The translations under genes were made by a program, and so were the position numbers. DNA of 60,679 nucleotides from Solirubrobacteraceae bacterium (lineage in GTDB: Bacteria > Actinomycetota > Thermoleophilia > Solirubrobacterales > Solirubrobacteraceae), in contig JAXDGC010000237.1 in NCBI GenBank assembly GCA_034665245.1, positions 1-60,679 on the forward strand. The letters run 5' to 3'. This document shows, piece after piece, positions 43,111-50,684 of the stretch. Below the pieces are notes generated by a model, which searched no databases, was not told the DNA's origin, and worked only from the letters and a program-made list of their open reading frames with translations. Each line of letters begins with the position of its first letter. Position 1 is the first letter of the stretch.

Positions 43111-43772
43111 GCTGCGAGGCGGGGGCGCGACGTCTGGGGGGCCGACTCCATCTCCGCGAGCTGCTCCTGCAGCGCGCGGCGGCCCCGATGGTGCAGCCCA
43201 TGGACGGAGCTCTCGCTCCGGCCCATGCTCTCGGCGATCTCCGGCGGGGTGAGGCCGACGACGTGACGGAGCACGACGACGGTCCGCTGCTCCTCGGGCA
43301 GCGTGCCCAGCGCGTCGCGCAGGCACTGCGAGCGCTCGGTGGATGCCTCGTCACCGCGCTCGTCGCTGCCGAAGACCTCCTCGGTCGGGACGGCGCGTCG
43401 CTTGCGCAGGTGATCGATCGCGACGTTGTGAGCGAGGCGCAGGACCCAGACGCGGAACGGGGCGACGGTCGGGTCGTACTTGCCGATCACCGTCATGACC
43501 TTCGTGAAGACGTGCTGCGTCACGTCCTCGGCCTCATGGTCGTCGCGCACGATGCTGCGCACGTAGCCATAGACGTTGTCGGAGTAGCGGAGGTAGAGGT
43601 AGCGGACCGCCTCGCGGTCGCCCTCCTTGGCGCGGGCGGCGGCGCGGGCGACCATGCGGTCGACCTCCTCCGACTGATCCACGCGGGCCGCCCGACGGAA
43701 TGACGCCTTCGGCTCGCGGCTCAGCTCGTCTGCGGCCAGCTTGAGCCGCCGGCTCCCTGTCTCGTTTTGCAT
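43107..43772 (-). CDS. ECF-type sigma-70 family RNA polymerase sigma factor
   Basis: Region 2: YLYLRYSDNVYGYVRSIVRDDHEAEDVTQHVFTKV...FRVWVLRLAHNVAIDHLRKRR. Region 4: LPEEQRTVVVLRHVVGLTPPEIAESMGRSESSVHGLHHRGRRAL. GGAAAGG lies 8 nt upstream of the ATG. Confidence 0.85.
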   Translation of the reverse strand: MQNETGSRRLKLAADELSREPKASFRRAARVDQSEEVDRMVARAAARAKEGDREAVRYLYLRYSDNVYGYVRSIVRDDHEAEDVTQHVFTKVMTVIGKYDPTVAPFRVWVLRLAHNVAIDHLRKRRAVPTEEVFGSDERGDEASTERSQCLRDALGTLPEEQRTVVVLRHVVGLTPPEIAESMGRSESSVHGLHHRGRRALQEQLAEMESAPQTSRPRLAA

Positions 43773-43799
43773 CCTGCCGACCTTTCCGTGTCTGGGTAC

Positions 43800-44447
43800 T
43801 CAGGCGGCCTGATCCGCGTTGACCGCGGTCAGGCGCCTCGGGGGCTCGATGAGCTCGTGAACGTGGGCGTAGTGGCTGGCTTCTGTGCGGTTCGCGACGC
43901 CCAGCTTCCGGTAGACGTTCGAGAGGTGAAACTTGATCGTCTGCTCGGTAACCCACAGCTGGCGGGCGATCTGACCGTTCGATGCCCCGGCGGCGACGAG
44001 GCGCAGGATCTCGAGCTCCCGGCGCGTGAGCTGCCGGTGATCGGCCTCGAGATCGACCGGAGCTGCGGCAAAGGCGTGATGGATGCTTCCGGCCCAGATC
44101 TCGCGGACAAGGGGGCCGATCAGGCTGGGCTCGACCGTCTTCGCGATCGAGGCGTGCGCGCCGGCGCGGATCGCGTCGCCCAGCCAGGCGGCTGCCGGCT
44201 GGGAGGTCAGCGCGACGATCTTCGCGGTGGGGACGGCTCGGCGGACCTCCGCGATGCGGGCGACGGCGGACGACGACCAGGTCATCTCGTCGACGATCAC
44301 GACATCGGGCTGCGCCGCTGCGACCGCGGCGCCGCAGGCCTGACGACCGTCGACGTAGCCCGCCACGCGGACGCCGCTGGTGTTGCGGAAGCTGCGGCGG
44401 ATCGCCTCGGCGGCGAAGCCGTTGTCGGTGACGATGACGACGAGCAT
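43800..44447 (-). CDS. response-regulator-like protein: receiver domain plus LuxR-type HTH
   Basis: ATG 44447 (MLVVIVTDNG...DVVIVDEMTW...KIVALTS...SIAKT). C-terminal LTRRELEILRLVAAGASNGQIARQLWVTEQTIKFHLSNVYRKLGV. The longer ORF 43800-44588 is trimmed because the extension has lower GC3. Confidence 0.8.
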   Translation of the reverse strand: MLVVIVTDNGFAAEAIRRSFRNTSGVRVAGYVDGRQACGAAVAAAQPDVVIVDEMTWSSSAVARIAEVRRAVPTAKIVALTSQPAAAWLGDAIRAGAHASIAKTVEPSLIGPLVREIWAGSIHHAFAAAPVDLEADHRQLTRRELEILRLVAAGASNGQIARQLWVTEQTIKFHLSNVYRKLGVANRTEASHYAHVHELIEPPRRLTAVNADQAA

Positions 44448-44662
44448 CAGGCCGCCTCGCCCTCCGGGGGCCCGCCGCACCAGAACCGGCGCCCCGCGCG
44501 GCGCGAGGAGCGAGCAAAGCGGGTGAGGGGAATGACGTTGTCGGGCGTGTCGTCGGGCTGGGTCGTCGCGGCATGGCTGTTCGTCCATGCGACGAGGTCG
44601 ATCGGCCTGCGCATCGCCGCGTCGCGGAACGGCAGGACCGTCGCGTTCTCTTCTCGGAGCAC
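44447..44662 (-). CDS. 71-aa hypothetical protein between the two receiver genes
   Basis: GTG 44662 has GGGGAG 7 nt upstream. Its stop overlaps the next start (TGATG). About 90% of codons end in G/C. I recognise no family. Confidence 0.45.
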   Translation of the reverse strand: MLREENATVLPFRDAAMRRPIDLVAWTNSHAATTQPDDTPDNVIPLTRFARSSRRAGRRFWCGGPPEGEAA

Positions 44663-44677
44663 CGTTCGTCTCCCCAG

Positions 44678-45085
44678 TCAGGCCGCGACCGCGGCGGACT
44701 CTTCGTGGACGTCGAGCTCGCGCTCGCCGACAACCTCTGCAAGGACGAGACCGAGCGTCTCGGGACCGGCCGTGGCCGGGACGACCGCGCTCGCGCCGGC
44801 CCGGAGGGCGTCGGCCAGCCAGCCGGCTTCGGGCCGCTCGGCACGGACGACGATCCGCGCGTGCGGGAGCGTCGCGCGGATCTCCGCGATCCGCTGCAGG
44901 GCCAGCCGTGGCCAGCCCATCTCGTCCACGAGGACCAGGTCAGGGGCGAAGCGCGCCAGCGCGGGCGCGATCGCAGCGTGACCGTGACAGTGGCGCACGA
45001 TGTTGACGCGGGCCAGCGTGGACACGCTGCGCGTCATGGCCTCCATCGCGGCTCCGCTGTCGGCTACGAGCGCGACGCTGATCAC
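44678..45085 (-). CDS. stand-alone receiver-like (probable pseudo-receiver) protein
   Basis: MISVALVADSG...DLVLVDEMGWP...RIVVRAE...GASAVVPAT. The Asp at the phospho-acceptor position is present, but the conserved T/S and Lys positions appear substituted. GTG 45085 overlaps the upstream stop (GTGA). Confidence 0.6.
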   Translation of the reverse strand: MISVALVADSGAAMEAMTRSVSTLARVNIVRHCHGHAAIAPALARFAPDLVLVDEMGWPRLALQRIAEIRATLPHARIVVRAERPEAGWLADALRAGASAVVPATAGPETLGLVLAEVVGERELDVHEESAAVAA

Positions 45086-45378
45086 GACGTCGCCCCTGGC
45101 GTGAAGCGCCCAGCCGTCCGGTCGAGGTGGTGCCGGAGCGACGTGAGGATGTCCTGCAGGCTCTCGCGCTCCGCAGAGGCGAGGGAGCTCAGGAACGAGG
45201 CGGTATCGGGGAAGCCCTCGCTGTCGGCCTCGTATTCGAAGACGGGCAGGCGGGCGCTCAGGTCGAGTTTCACGCTGAGGACGGCGAGCAGGTTCTGGAG
45301 CGTCGCGTCGTGCGGATGCGCACGGCGGAGCTCAGCGAGTCGCTGAGCGGTGCTGGTCTGTCGAGGGGCATCGGCCAC
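45082..45378 (-). CDS. hypothetical ~98-aa protein, first gene of the regulatory/biosynthetic operon
   Basis: This is the 3' part of ORF 45082-45543. Proposed GTG 45378 (AAGGTGG 5 nt upstream), or alternatively GTG 45387. The predicted helical sequence is ...AQRLAELRRAHPHDATLQNLLAVLSVKLDLSARLPVFEYEADSEGFPDTASFLSSLASAERESLQDILTSLRHHL. No family recognised. Confidence 0.4.
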   Translation of the reverse strand: MADAPRQTSTAQRLAELRRAHPHDATLQNLLAVLSVKLDLSARLPVFEYEADSEGFPDTASFLSSLASAERESLQDILTSLRHHLDRTAGRFTPGATS

Positions 45379-45650
45379 GGCGTCCACCTTCGTCGGAGGA
45401 GGTCGCGGTTGGAAGGGGAACTCCGTCTGGAACGTGGAGGACTCTTTGGCCCGGTGCCTGGGGCAGGTCCCACCCTGGGTGCGGGTGAGGAGGGGGTCCC
45501 GAGGGGGTCGTACCCTGGACGAAGGTGCAGGGGAGATCTGCACCCCAGGTGGGGGAGGCCGTCCCCCGCAGTCGCACGTTCGTCCCCCAGGTTGCCTAGG
45601 GCTTGTGTGACGGATAGGTTCTTCGCTCCCCAGGAGGAAGCGCGGCCACG
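45379..45650. promoter_or_regulatory. ~270-bp divergent intergenic region between the minus-strand operon and the NarL-type regulator gene
   Basis: No convincing ORF. It contains multiple G5/C5 runs, a G3+ x4 tract at 45477-45507 (GGGtgcGGGtgaggaGGGGGtcccgaGGGGG) and a hairpin GGTGCAG-gggagat-CTGCACC (about 45524-45544). Confidence 0.5.
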
Positions 45651-46373
45651 GTGGGCATCGAACGAGTGAAACGCGAAGGAACGGAAACCGAAACGCTGCG
45701 AGCGGTCATTGCAGATGACGACCCGTTCGCCCGCCGCGTGATCAAGGACGTGCTGCAGAAAGCGGGTGTGCTCGTGATCGCCGAGGCCCGCAACGGCCGT
45801 CAGGCGGTCGAATTGACGCTGTTCTACCGCCCCGACGTGGTGGTGATGGACGTGGTCATGCCCGAGCTGGACGGCATCATCGCGACGCGTCAGATTCGCA
45901 AGGAGATCCCCGAGCAGCTCGTGATCGTGCTGACGGGCGCGGGCGAGGAGGACCAGGAGCTGGGTCTTCAGGCGCTCCGCGCCGGCGCCAGCGGGTTCCT
46001 CTCCAAGGACCTCGAGATCGATGCACTGCCGCGCGCGCTCGAGGGCGTGAAGGCCGGGGAGGCGGCGATCTCCCGCAAGATGACGCGGGCATTGATCGAC
46101 CGGCTGCGCGACACGCCCAGTGGGTCAGCGGGCATGCGGCCGGTCAAGAGCCCCCTCACGGCGCGTGAGTGGGAGGTCATCGACCTGCTGAAGGCGACCA
46201 AGTCGACCGACCAGATCGCCGATGAGCTCGTGCTCTCCACGGAGACCGTCCGCTCGCACGTGAAGAACATCCTTCGCAAGCTCGACGTGCGCTCGCGCGA
46301 GGACGCCGTCGTCGTCGCGGACCGCATGCGCGGCTCGCTCGGGGGCGAAGAGCCCCCGGACACCGCCGCCTAG
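45651..46373 (+). CDS. NarL/FixJ-family response regulator (REC plus LuxR HTH)
   Basis: Canonical REC residues (VIADDDPFARR...DVVVMDVVMPELDG...VIVLTGAG...GASGFLSKD) and HTH (LTAREWEVIDLLKATKSTDQIADELVLSTETVRSHVKNILRKLDV). Confidence 0.9.
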   Translation: MGIERVKREGTETETLRAVIADDDPFARRVIKDVLQKAGVLVIAEARNGRQAVELTLFYRPDVVVMDVVMPELDGIIATRQIRKEIPEQLVIVLTGAGEEDQELGLQALRAGASGFLSKDLEIDALPRALEGVKAGEAAISRKMTRALIDRLRDTPSGSAGMRPVKSPLTAREWEVIDLLKATKSTDQIADELVLSTETVRSHVKNILRKLDVRSREDAVVVADRMRGSLGGEEPPDTAA

Positions 46374-46443
46374 CGGCAGTTTCCTGCTGTAGCGCGGTCA
46401 GCCGGGCGGGAGTGCACCGGCGTACCCGATGACTGACTACCTG

Positions 46444-46467
46444 AACGCTTTTATTGATTCAAGCGTT
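46444..46467. promoter_or_regulatory. AT-rich inverted repeat AACGCTT-N10-AAGCGTT in an otherwise GC-rich intergenic region
   Basis: ctgAACGCTTttattgattcAAGCGTTtca. This is the most AT-rich patch seen in the window, 220 nt upstream of the gene at 46687. Confidence 0.4.
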
Positions 46468-46503
46468 TCACCAACCCTGCCGATGGGACAGGCGAAGGCG
46501 GGT

Positions 46504-46617
46504 TAGGACTCGTGCTCGGCTCCGGAGCGGAAAGGGACCGCTCTAGCCCACGAGCGCATCTATAGGGACCTCGTGCTGGCTTGGGGGGCGGGAGCTGACC
46601 GCCCTAGCGCACGACGT
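46504..46617 (+). promoter_or_regulatory. two tandem ~59-nt structured elements (nested hairpins) in the leader of gene 46687
   Basis: - Unit 1 (46504-46560): outer stem CTCGTG (46509-14) with CACGAG (46549-54); inner stem GAGCGG (46525-30) with CCGCTC (46538-43).
- Unit 2 (46563-46617): outer stem TCGTGC (46571-76) with GCACGA (46609-14); inner stem GGGCGG (46586-91) with CCGCCC (46599-604).
- Both inner loops are 7 nt and both units carry TAGC after the inner stem. Confidence 0.35.
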
Positions 46618-46686
46618 TCTGTCTTGGACCGGCGCGCTTGACGTTCCTACGCGCCGCTCGCTCACTTCCGCCTCTGGGAGGTCAGG

Positions 46687-49251
46687 TTGCAACTCCGTGT
46701 GCCCGTACGCGCCGATCAAGCGTGCGCCTCAACGCTCCGCCGCTCCGTCCTCGTCCGCCGCCTGATGCTCGGCGCGCTCGCGCTCCTGGCCCTGCTGCTC
46801 ACGCCTCTCGGCGTCGGGCAAGCCGCGGCGAAGACGCTGTATGTATCGCCCTCGGGCGTCAACGGCGCCAACACTTGTCAGAGTTCGATCAACCCGTGCG
46901 CCTCCTTCGACACCGCGTATCACGCGGCCGCCGCCGGCGACGTCGTCGAGGCCGCCGGTGGCACGTACCCCGGCCAGACCCTCAGCCGCGACGCCACCAA
47001 GACGGGCGGCGCGAACGTCGTCATCCGGCCCGCGCTCGCCGCGACCGTCACGGTCAACGGCAGCGTCACTGTCAACGCCTCCTACGTGACCTTGCAGGCC
47101 ATCACGCTGGTCGACGTCACCGTGCGCACGCTGGACGTGGCGAGTCCGCCCACGGTCACGGGAGTCACCCTCCGCGACATCAGCGGGCGAAACTTCAACA
47201 TCTTCTCGGCGACGAACGTGAACGTCATCGGGGGCGAGTTCGGCCCGGCGAGCGCCTGTGGCGGTCCGTACGGCGGCTCCAACAACTCGATCCGCAAGCT
47301 GAGCGCGGTCAACCCGGCCAACATCGTCATCGACGGCGTGCGCATCCATGAGGTCCAGTCCTACGACCTGGGCCCGTGCCATATCGAGGGCCTCGCCATC
47401 TTCGCCGGCTCGAACGTCATCGTGCGCAACTCGAAGTTCTTCGGCAACTCGGTCTACGACGTCTTCCTCCAGGGCAACAGCGGGCCGATCTCCGGCGTCA
47501 CCTTCGAGAACAACTGGTTCGCCGCTCCCGTGGGCGTCACAGGACAGGTGAACGGGACCACCGTCGCCTTCTCGGGCGTGAACTCGAACGTCACGCTGCG
47601 CAACAACTCGTTCAACGCGCTGATGTCGCTCGACGACAACGGACAGAACCCGACGTTCACGAACTTCGTCGTCACCGGCAACGTCGGCGTGCTGCCGTAC
47701 AACGGCTGCAGCCTGCGCGGCGTCGCGTACTCCAACAACGTCTGGAAGGGCCACGCCTGCGCTACCACGGACCGCAACCTCAACGGCGCCGCGCTGCCCT
47801 ACACCAACGCCGCCAACTCGAGCGCGCTCAACTACCACCTGACGGGCGGCGTCGCCGTCGACCGGATCCCGCTCGGCAGCGGCCCCGCCAGCGACATCGA
47901 CGGCCAGGCACGTCCGATGGGCGTCGGCAGCGACGCCGGCTCGGACGAGATGGGGGGCGCGACGCCGACCCCGACCCCGACTCCGACGGCGACCCCGTCG
48001 CCGACAGCGACGCCGTCGCCGACAGCGACGCCGTCGCCCACGCCGACTCCCACGCCGTCGCCGTCGCCGTCGCCGGTGCCGACGGTGACGCCGGTGCCGA
48101 CGGTGACGCCGTCTCCGACGCCGGTGCCGACGGGCAAGTTGTTTATGTCGCCGAGTGGTGTGGATACGGCGGCGTGCACGCAGGCGGCGCCGTGTAAGAC
48201 GTTGGCGCGGACCTATCGTCTGGCGACGGCGGGGATGACGGTCGAGCTGGCGGCGGGTTCCTATGCGGACTCGAGCCTGCCGTTGGACGCGTCGAAGACG
48301 TCGTTGAGCGATGTGTTGTTCGCGCCGGCTGCCGGGGCGAGCGTGACGTTCTCCGGGACGCTGCACATCTATGCCCGCCATGCCGAGTTGCGGGGGATGC
48401 GTTTCACCAACTCGGTGTGGGTCGATTCGACCGCCCAGGATGTGACGTTGCGTGGCGACACGCTGAAGAACTTCCAGATCCTCTCAAGTGGTGCCGAGGC
48501 GCCGCGTGACATCTCGTTCATCGGCGGCAGCATGGGCCCGTCGGCGGATGAGAACAACCGCATCGCGTCCAACGGGACGAGCACGACGGCGTCGCCGACG
48601 AACATCCTGATCGACGGCGTGAACATCCATGACTACACGCTCAGTCCGGGTTCGAGCGCGCATGTGGAGTGTCTGCAGGTGTGGGCCGCCGACGGGTTGA
48701 CGATCCGCAACAGCACGTTCCGCAATTGCGACGTGTTCGACATCTTCCTGCAGAAGCTGCCGGGTGGTGCGGCCGCGACGCCGACCAACATCCTGATCGA
48801 GAACAACTTCATGAACTGCTGCGCGACCGGGTTCTTCTCGATCCGTTTGGCTGATCATGCGGGCACGAGTTGGCGCAACGTCACGATCCGCAACAACTCG
48901 ATGGACAAGGCGCCCAATCTCGATGCCGGGGTGCCGTACTCCAATGTCAAGGTGCTCAACAACATCGCTCCGGGGCTCAGCCTCTACACGGGCGCGACGG
49001 GCGGGGAGGGATCGCTGCCGGCGGGCGTGACCGTCGATTACAACGTCTGGTACGCCGGTGCGAAGGTCGGCACCCATGACCAGGTCGCGGCGCACGGCTA
49101 CCGCAACCTCGCCACCGGCGACTTCCACCTCAACACCGGCGCCGCCGCCATCAACCGCGGCGACCCCGCCAACAGCCCGGCCAAGGACATCGACGGGCAA
49201 GCACGACCCCAAGGCATCGCCCCCGACGCCGGCGCCGACGAAGCCGGCTGA
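46687..49251 (+). CDS. secreted protein: A-type beta-helix, PT/PS linker, B-type beta-helix (no DNRLRE tail)
   Basis: TTG 46687 has GGGAGG 6 nt upstream (ATG alternative at 46765). Signal peptide ...[24 protein letters not shown] domain about 46831-47950 and B domain about 48133-49248, both collinear with gene 3063-6464. Confidence 0.85.
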   Translation: MQLRVPVRADQACASTLRRSVLVRRLMLGALALLALLLTPLGVGQAAAKTLYVSPSGVNGANTCQSSINPCASFDTAYHAAAAGDVVEAAGGTYPGQTLSRDATKTGGANVVIRPALAATVTVNGSVTVNASYVTLQAITLVDVTVRTLDVASPPTVTGVTLRDISGRNFNIFSATNVNVIGGEFGPASACGGPYGGSNNSIRKLSAVNPANIVIDGVRIHEVQSYDLGPCHIEGLAIFAGSNVIVRNSKFFGNSVYDVFLQGNSGPISGVTFENNWFAAPVGVTGQVNGTTVAFSGVNSNVTLRNNSFNALMSLDDNGQNPTFTNFVVTGNVGVLPYNGCSLRGVAYSNNVWKGHACATTDRNLNGAALPYTNAANSSALNYHLTGGVAVDRIPLGSGPASDIDGQARPMGVGSDAGSDEMGGATPTPTPTPTATPSPTATPSPTATPSPTPTPTPSPSPSPVPTVTPVPTVTPSPTPVPTGKLFMSPSGVDTAACTQAAPCKTLARTYRLATAGMTVELAAGSYADSSLPLDASKTSLSDVLFAPAAGASVTFSGTLHIYARHAELRGMRFTNSVWVDSTAQDVTLRGDTLKNFQILSSGAEAPRDISFIGGSMGPSADENNRIASNGTSTTASPTNILIDGVNIHDYTLSPGSSAHVECLQVWAADGLTIRNSTFRNCDVFDIFLQKLPGGAAATPTNILIENNFMNCCATGFFSIRLADHAGTSWRNVTIRNNSMDKAPNLDAGVPYSNVKVLNNIAPGLSLYTGATGGEGSLPAGVTVDYNVWYAGAKVGTHDQVAAHGYRNLATGDFHLNTGAAAINRGDPANSPAKDIDGQARPQGIAPDAGADEAG
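47959..48132 (+). repeat. Pro-Thr/Pro-Ser/Pro-Val linker-coding repeat
   Basis: Encodes [58 protein letters not shown]. Confidence 0.9.
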
Positions 49252-49265
49252 CGCTCGTTCCCTCG

Positions 49266-49290
49266 CCGCGCCGGCTCGCAGCCGGCGCGG
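49266..49290. terminator. perfect GC-rich hairpin between convergent genes (candidate bidirectional terminator)
   Basis: CCGCGCCGGCT-cgc-AGCCGGCGCGG is an 11-bp stem, 15 nt after the stop at 49251 and 27 nt before the kinase gene stop at 49317. Confidence 0.55.
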
Positions 49291-49316
49291 TTGGGAGGTC
49301 TTCGCTCTGGGAACGC

Positions 49317-50474
49317 CTACGCGGAACGCTCGACGGCGGCGGGGACCTCGATCCAGAAGGTGTTGCCGCTCTCCGCGCCCGGCTCGACGCCGATTGCACC
49401 GCCGAGTCGCTCCACGAGTCGCGAGCAGATCGTCAGCCCGAGGCCGACCCCCGGCACCCGCCGCTCGCCTGATGCGCGATGGAAGGGCTGGAAGATCCGC
49501 TCGGCTTCCTCCTTCGGGATCGGCATGCCCTCGCTTACCACCGAGATGCGCGGGCCGTTCGGGCCGGGCTCGGATGCGATCACCACGCGCCCGCCGGTGC
49601 GGGGGCCGTACTTGAGCGCGTTGGAGACGAGGTTCTCGAGCACGACCGAGAGAAGGCCCGGCTCCCCGTGGACATGGGGAAGCTGCCCGGTGACGATCGT
49701 CGCGTTGCGCTCCCGCACCTGATGGTCGAGGCTCGCGAGTGTCTCCTCGACAACCGCGGCGAGATCAACCGTGCACAGGTCGAGCGTCCGTCCGTCCGTC
49801 CGCGCGTCGGCCAGCAGGGCGTCCATCAGACGACGAGCGCGGGCTGCCCCGCGGCCGATCGCGTCGAGCCGCCCGCGGAGCATCGGGTCGAGATCCGTCC
49901 CGAGCTCTTCGGCCACCAGGATCGCGGAGCTCTCCGCGATGACCAGCGGCTCAGCGAGCTGGTGGGCCGCGGTGCCGGCGAAGCGCTCGACCGCCACATA
50001 GCGTTCTTCGAGTTCGGTGAGCCGGGCGGCGAGCTCCGCATTGCGGCGCTCGAGCAGAACCGGCGCGTTCTTGCTGGTCATCGCGACGGGGGGATCCGTG
50101 CGGTCGTGGCCGAGGCCAAGGACGCTGTCGGGGCCTGCGCCTGCGACGAACGTCCAGCTCGTCAGGCGGTGGCCGCCGGTCGGGACGGCGAGCCGCACGT
50201 CGATGTCGCGCTCACAGCCTTCGCCCTGACGCACTCGGCTCAGGATCGCACCGACGCGATCGCGGTCGGCAGGATGCACGATCTCCTCCCAGTACCAGCC
50301 GTGGAGGTGGTCCGGCTGCCAGCCGAGAACCGACTGCCATGCACCCTCCAGGAGCAGGAAACGCCCCTCCAAGTCGAGGGACCAGCGGAGCTCCCGCGAG
50401 AAGGACGCGAAGAAGGCATCGCGCGCGCGGGAGGAAACACCAGTCCGCGAGCCGGGCTGCGGGAGTGAGGTCAT
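49317..50474 (-). CDS. cytoplasmic PAS-domain sensor histidine kinase
   Basis: ATG 50474 (alternative 50507). PAS-like N-terminus (LEGAWQSVLGWQPDHLHGWYWEEIVHPADRD). H-box FAGTAAHQLAEPL. HATPase motifs (LENLVSNALKYGP, GVGLGLTICSRLVERLGG). No TM segment. The upstream part of ORF 49317-51002 is trimmed. Confidence 0.85.
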   Translation of the reverse strand: MTSLPQPGSRTGVSSRARDAFFASFSRELRWSLDLEGRFLLLEGAWQSVLGWQPDHLHGWYWEEIVHPADRDRVGAILSRVRQGEGCERDIDVRLAVPTGGHRLTSWTFVAGAGPDSVLGLGHDRTDPPVAMTSKNAPVLLERRNAELAARLTELEERYVAVERFAGTAAHQLAEPLVIAESSAILVAEELGTDLDPMLRGRLDAIGRGAARARRLMDALLADARTDGRTLDLCTVDLAAVVEETLASLDHQVRERNATIVTGQLPHVHGEPGLLSVVLENLVSNALKYGPRTGGRVVIASEPGPNGPRISVVSEGMPIPKEEAERIFQPFHRASGERRVPGVGLGLTICSRLVERLGGAIGVEPGAESGNTFWIEVPAAVERSA

Positions 50475-50684
50475 GTTTGCGCGCACTTCTGTCAACTGCG
50501 CGGCCATGCGCCCTTGCCGCGTCCGTTTTCCTTGGGGGCCATCAGATCTCTTTCCGTCCATGTGTGTAAGCCCTGTCCCATCCGTGTACTCGGGCTTGGC
50601 CTCCGGCATGCCGACAGTAGCCGAGGTGCGCGAGAGGGCGCAAGTGGCGGATCGGGCATATGGACGGATAGAGTCGCCGTCCGG

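Noticed and set aside
43800-44588. The 262-aa version of the REC-LuxR regulator starting at 44588.
   Set aside because: The receiver domain begins at MLVVIV (ATG 44447). The 47-codon extension has a weaker third-position GC bias than the overlapping 71-aa ORF, which also has a good SD and a coupled stop/start.
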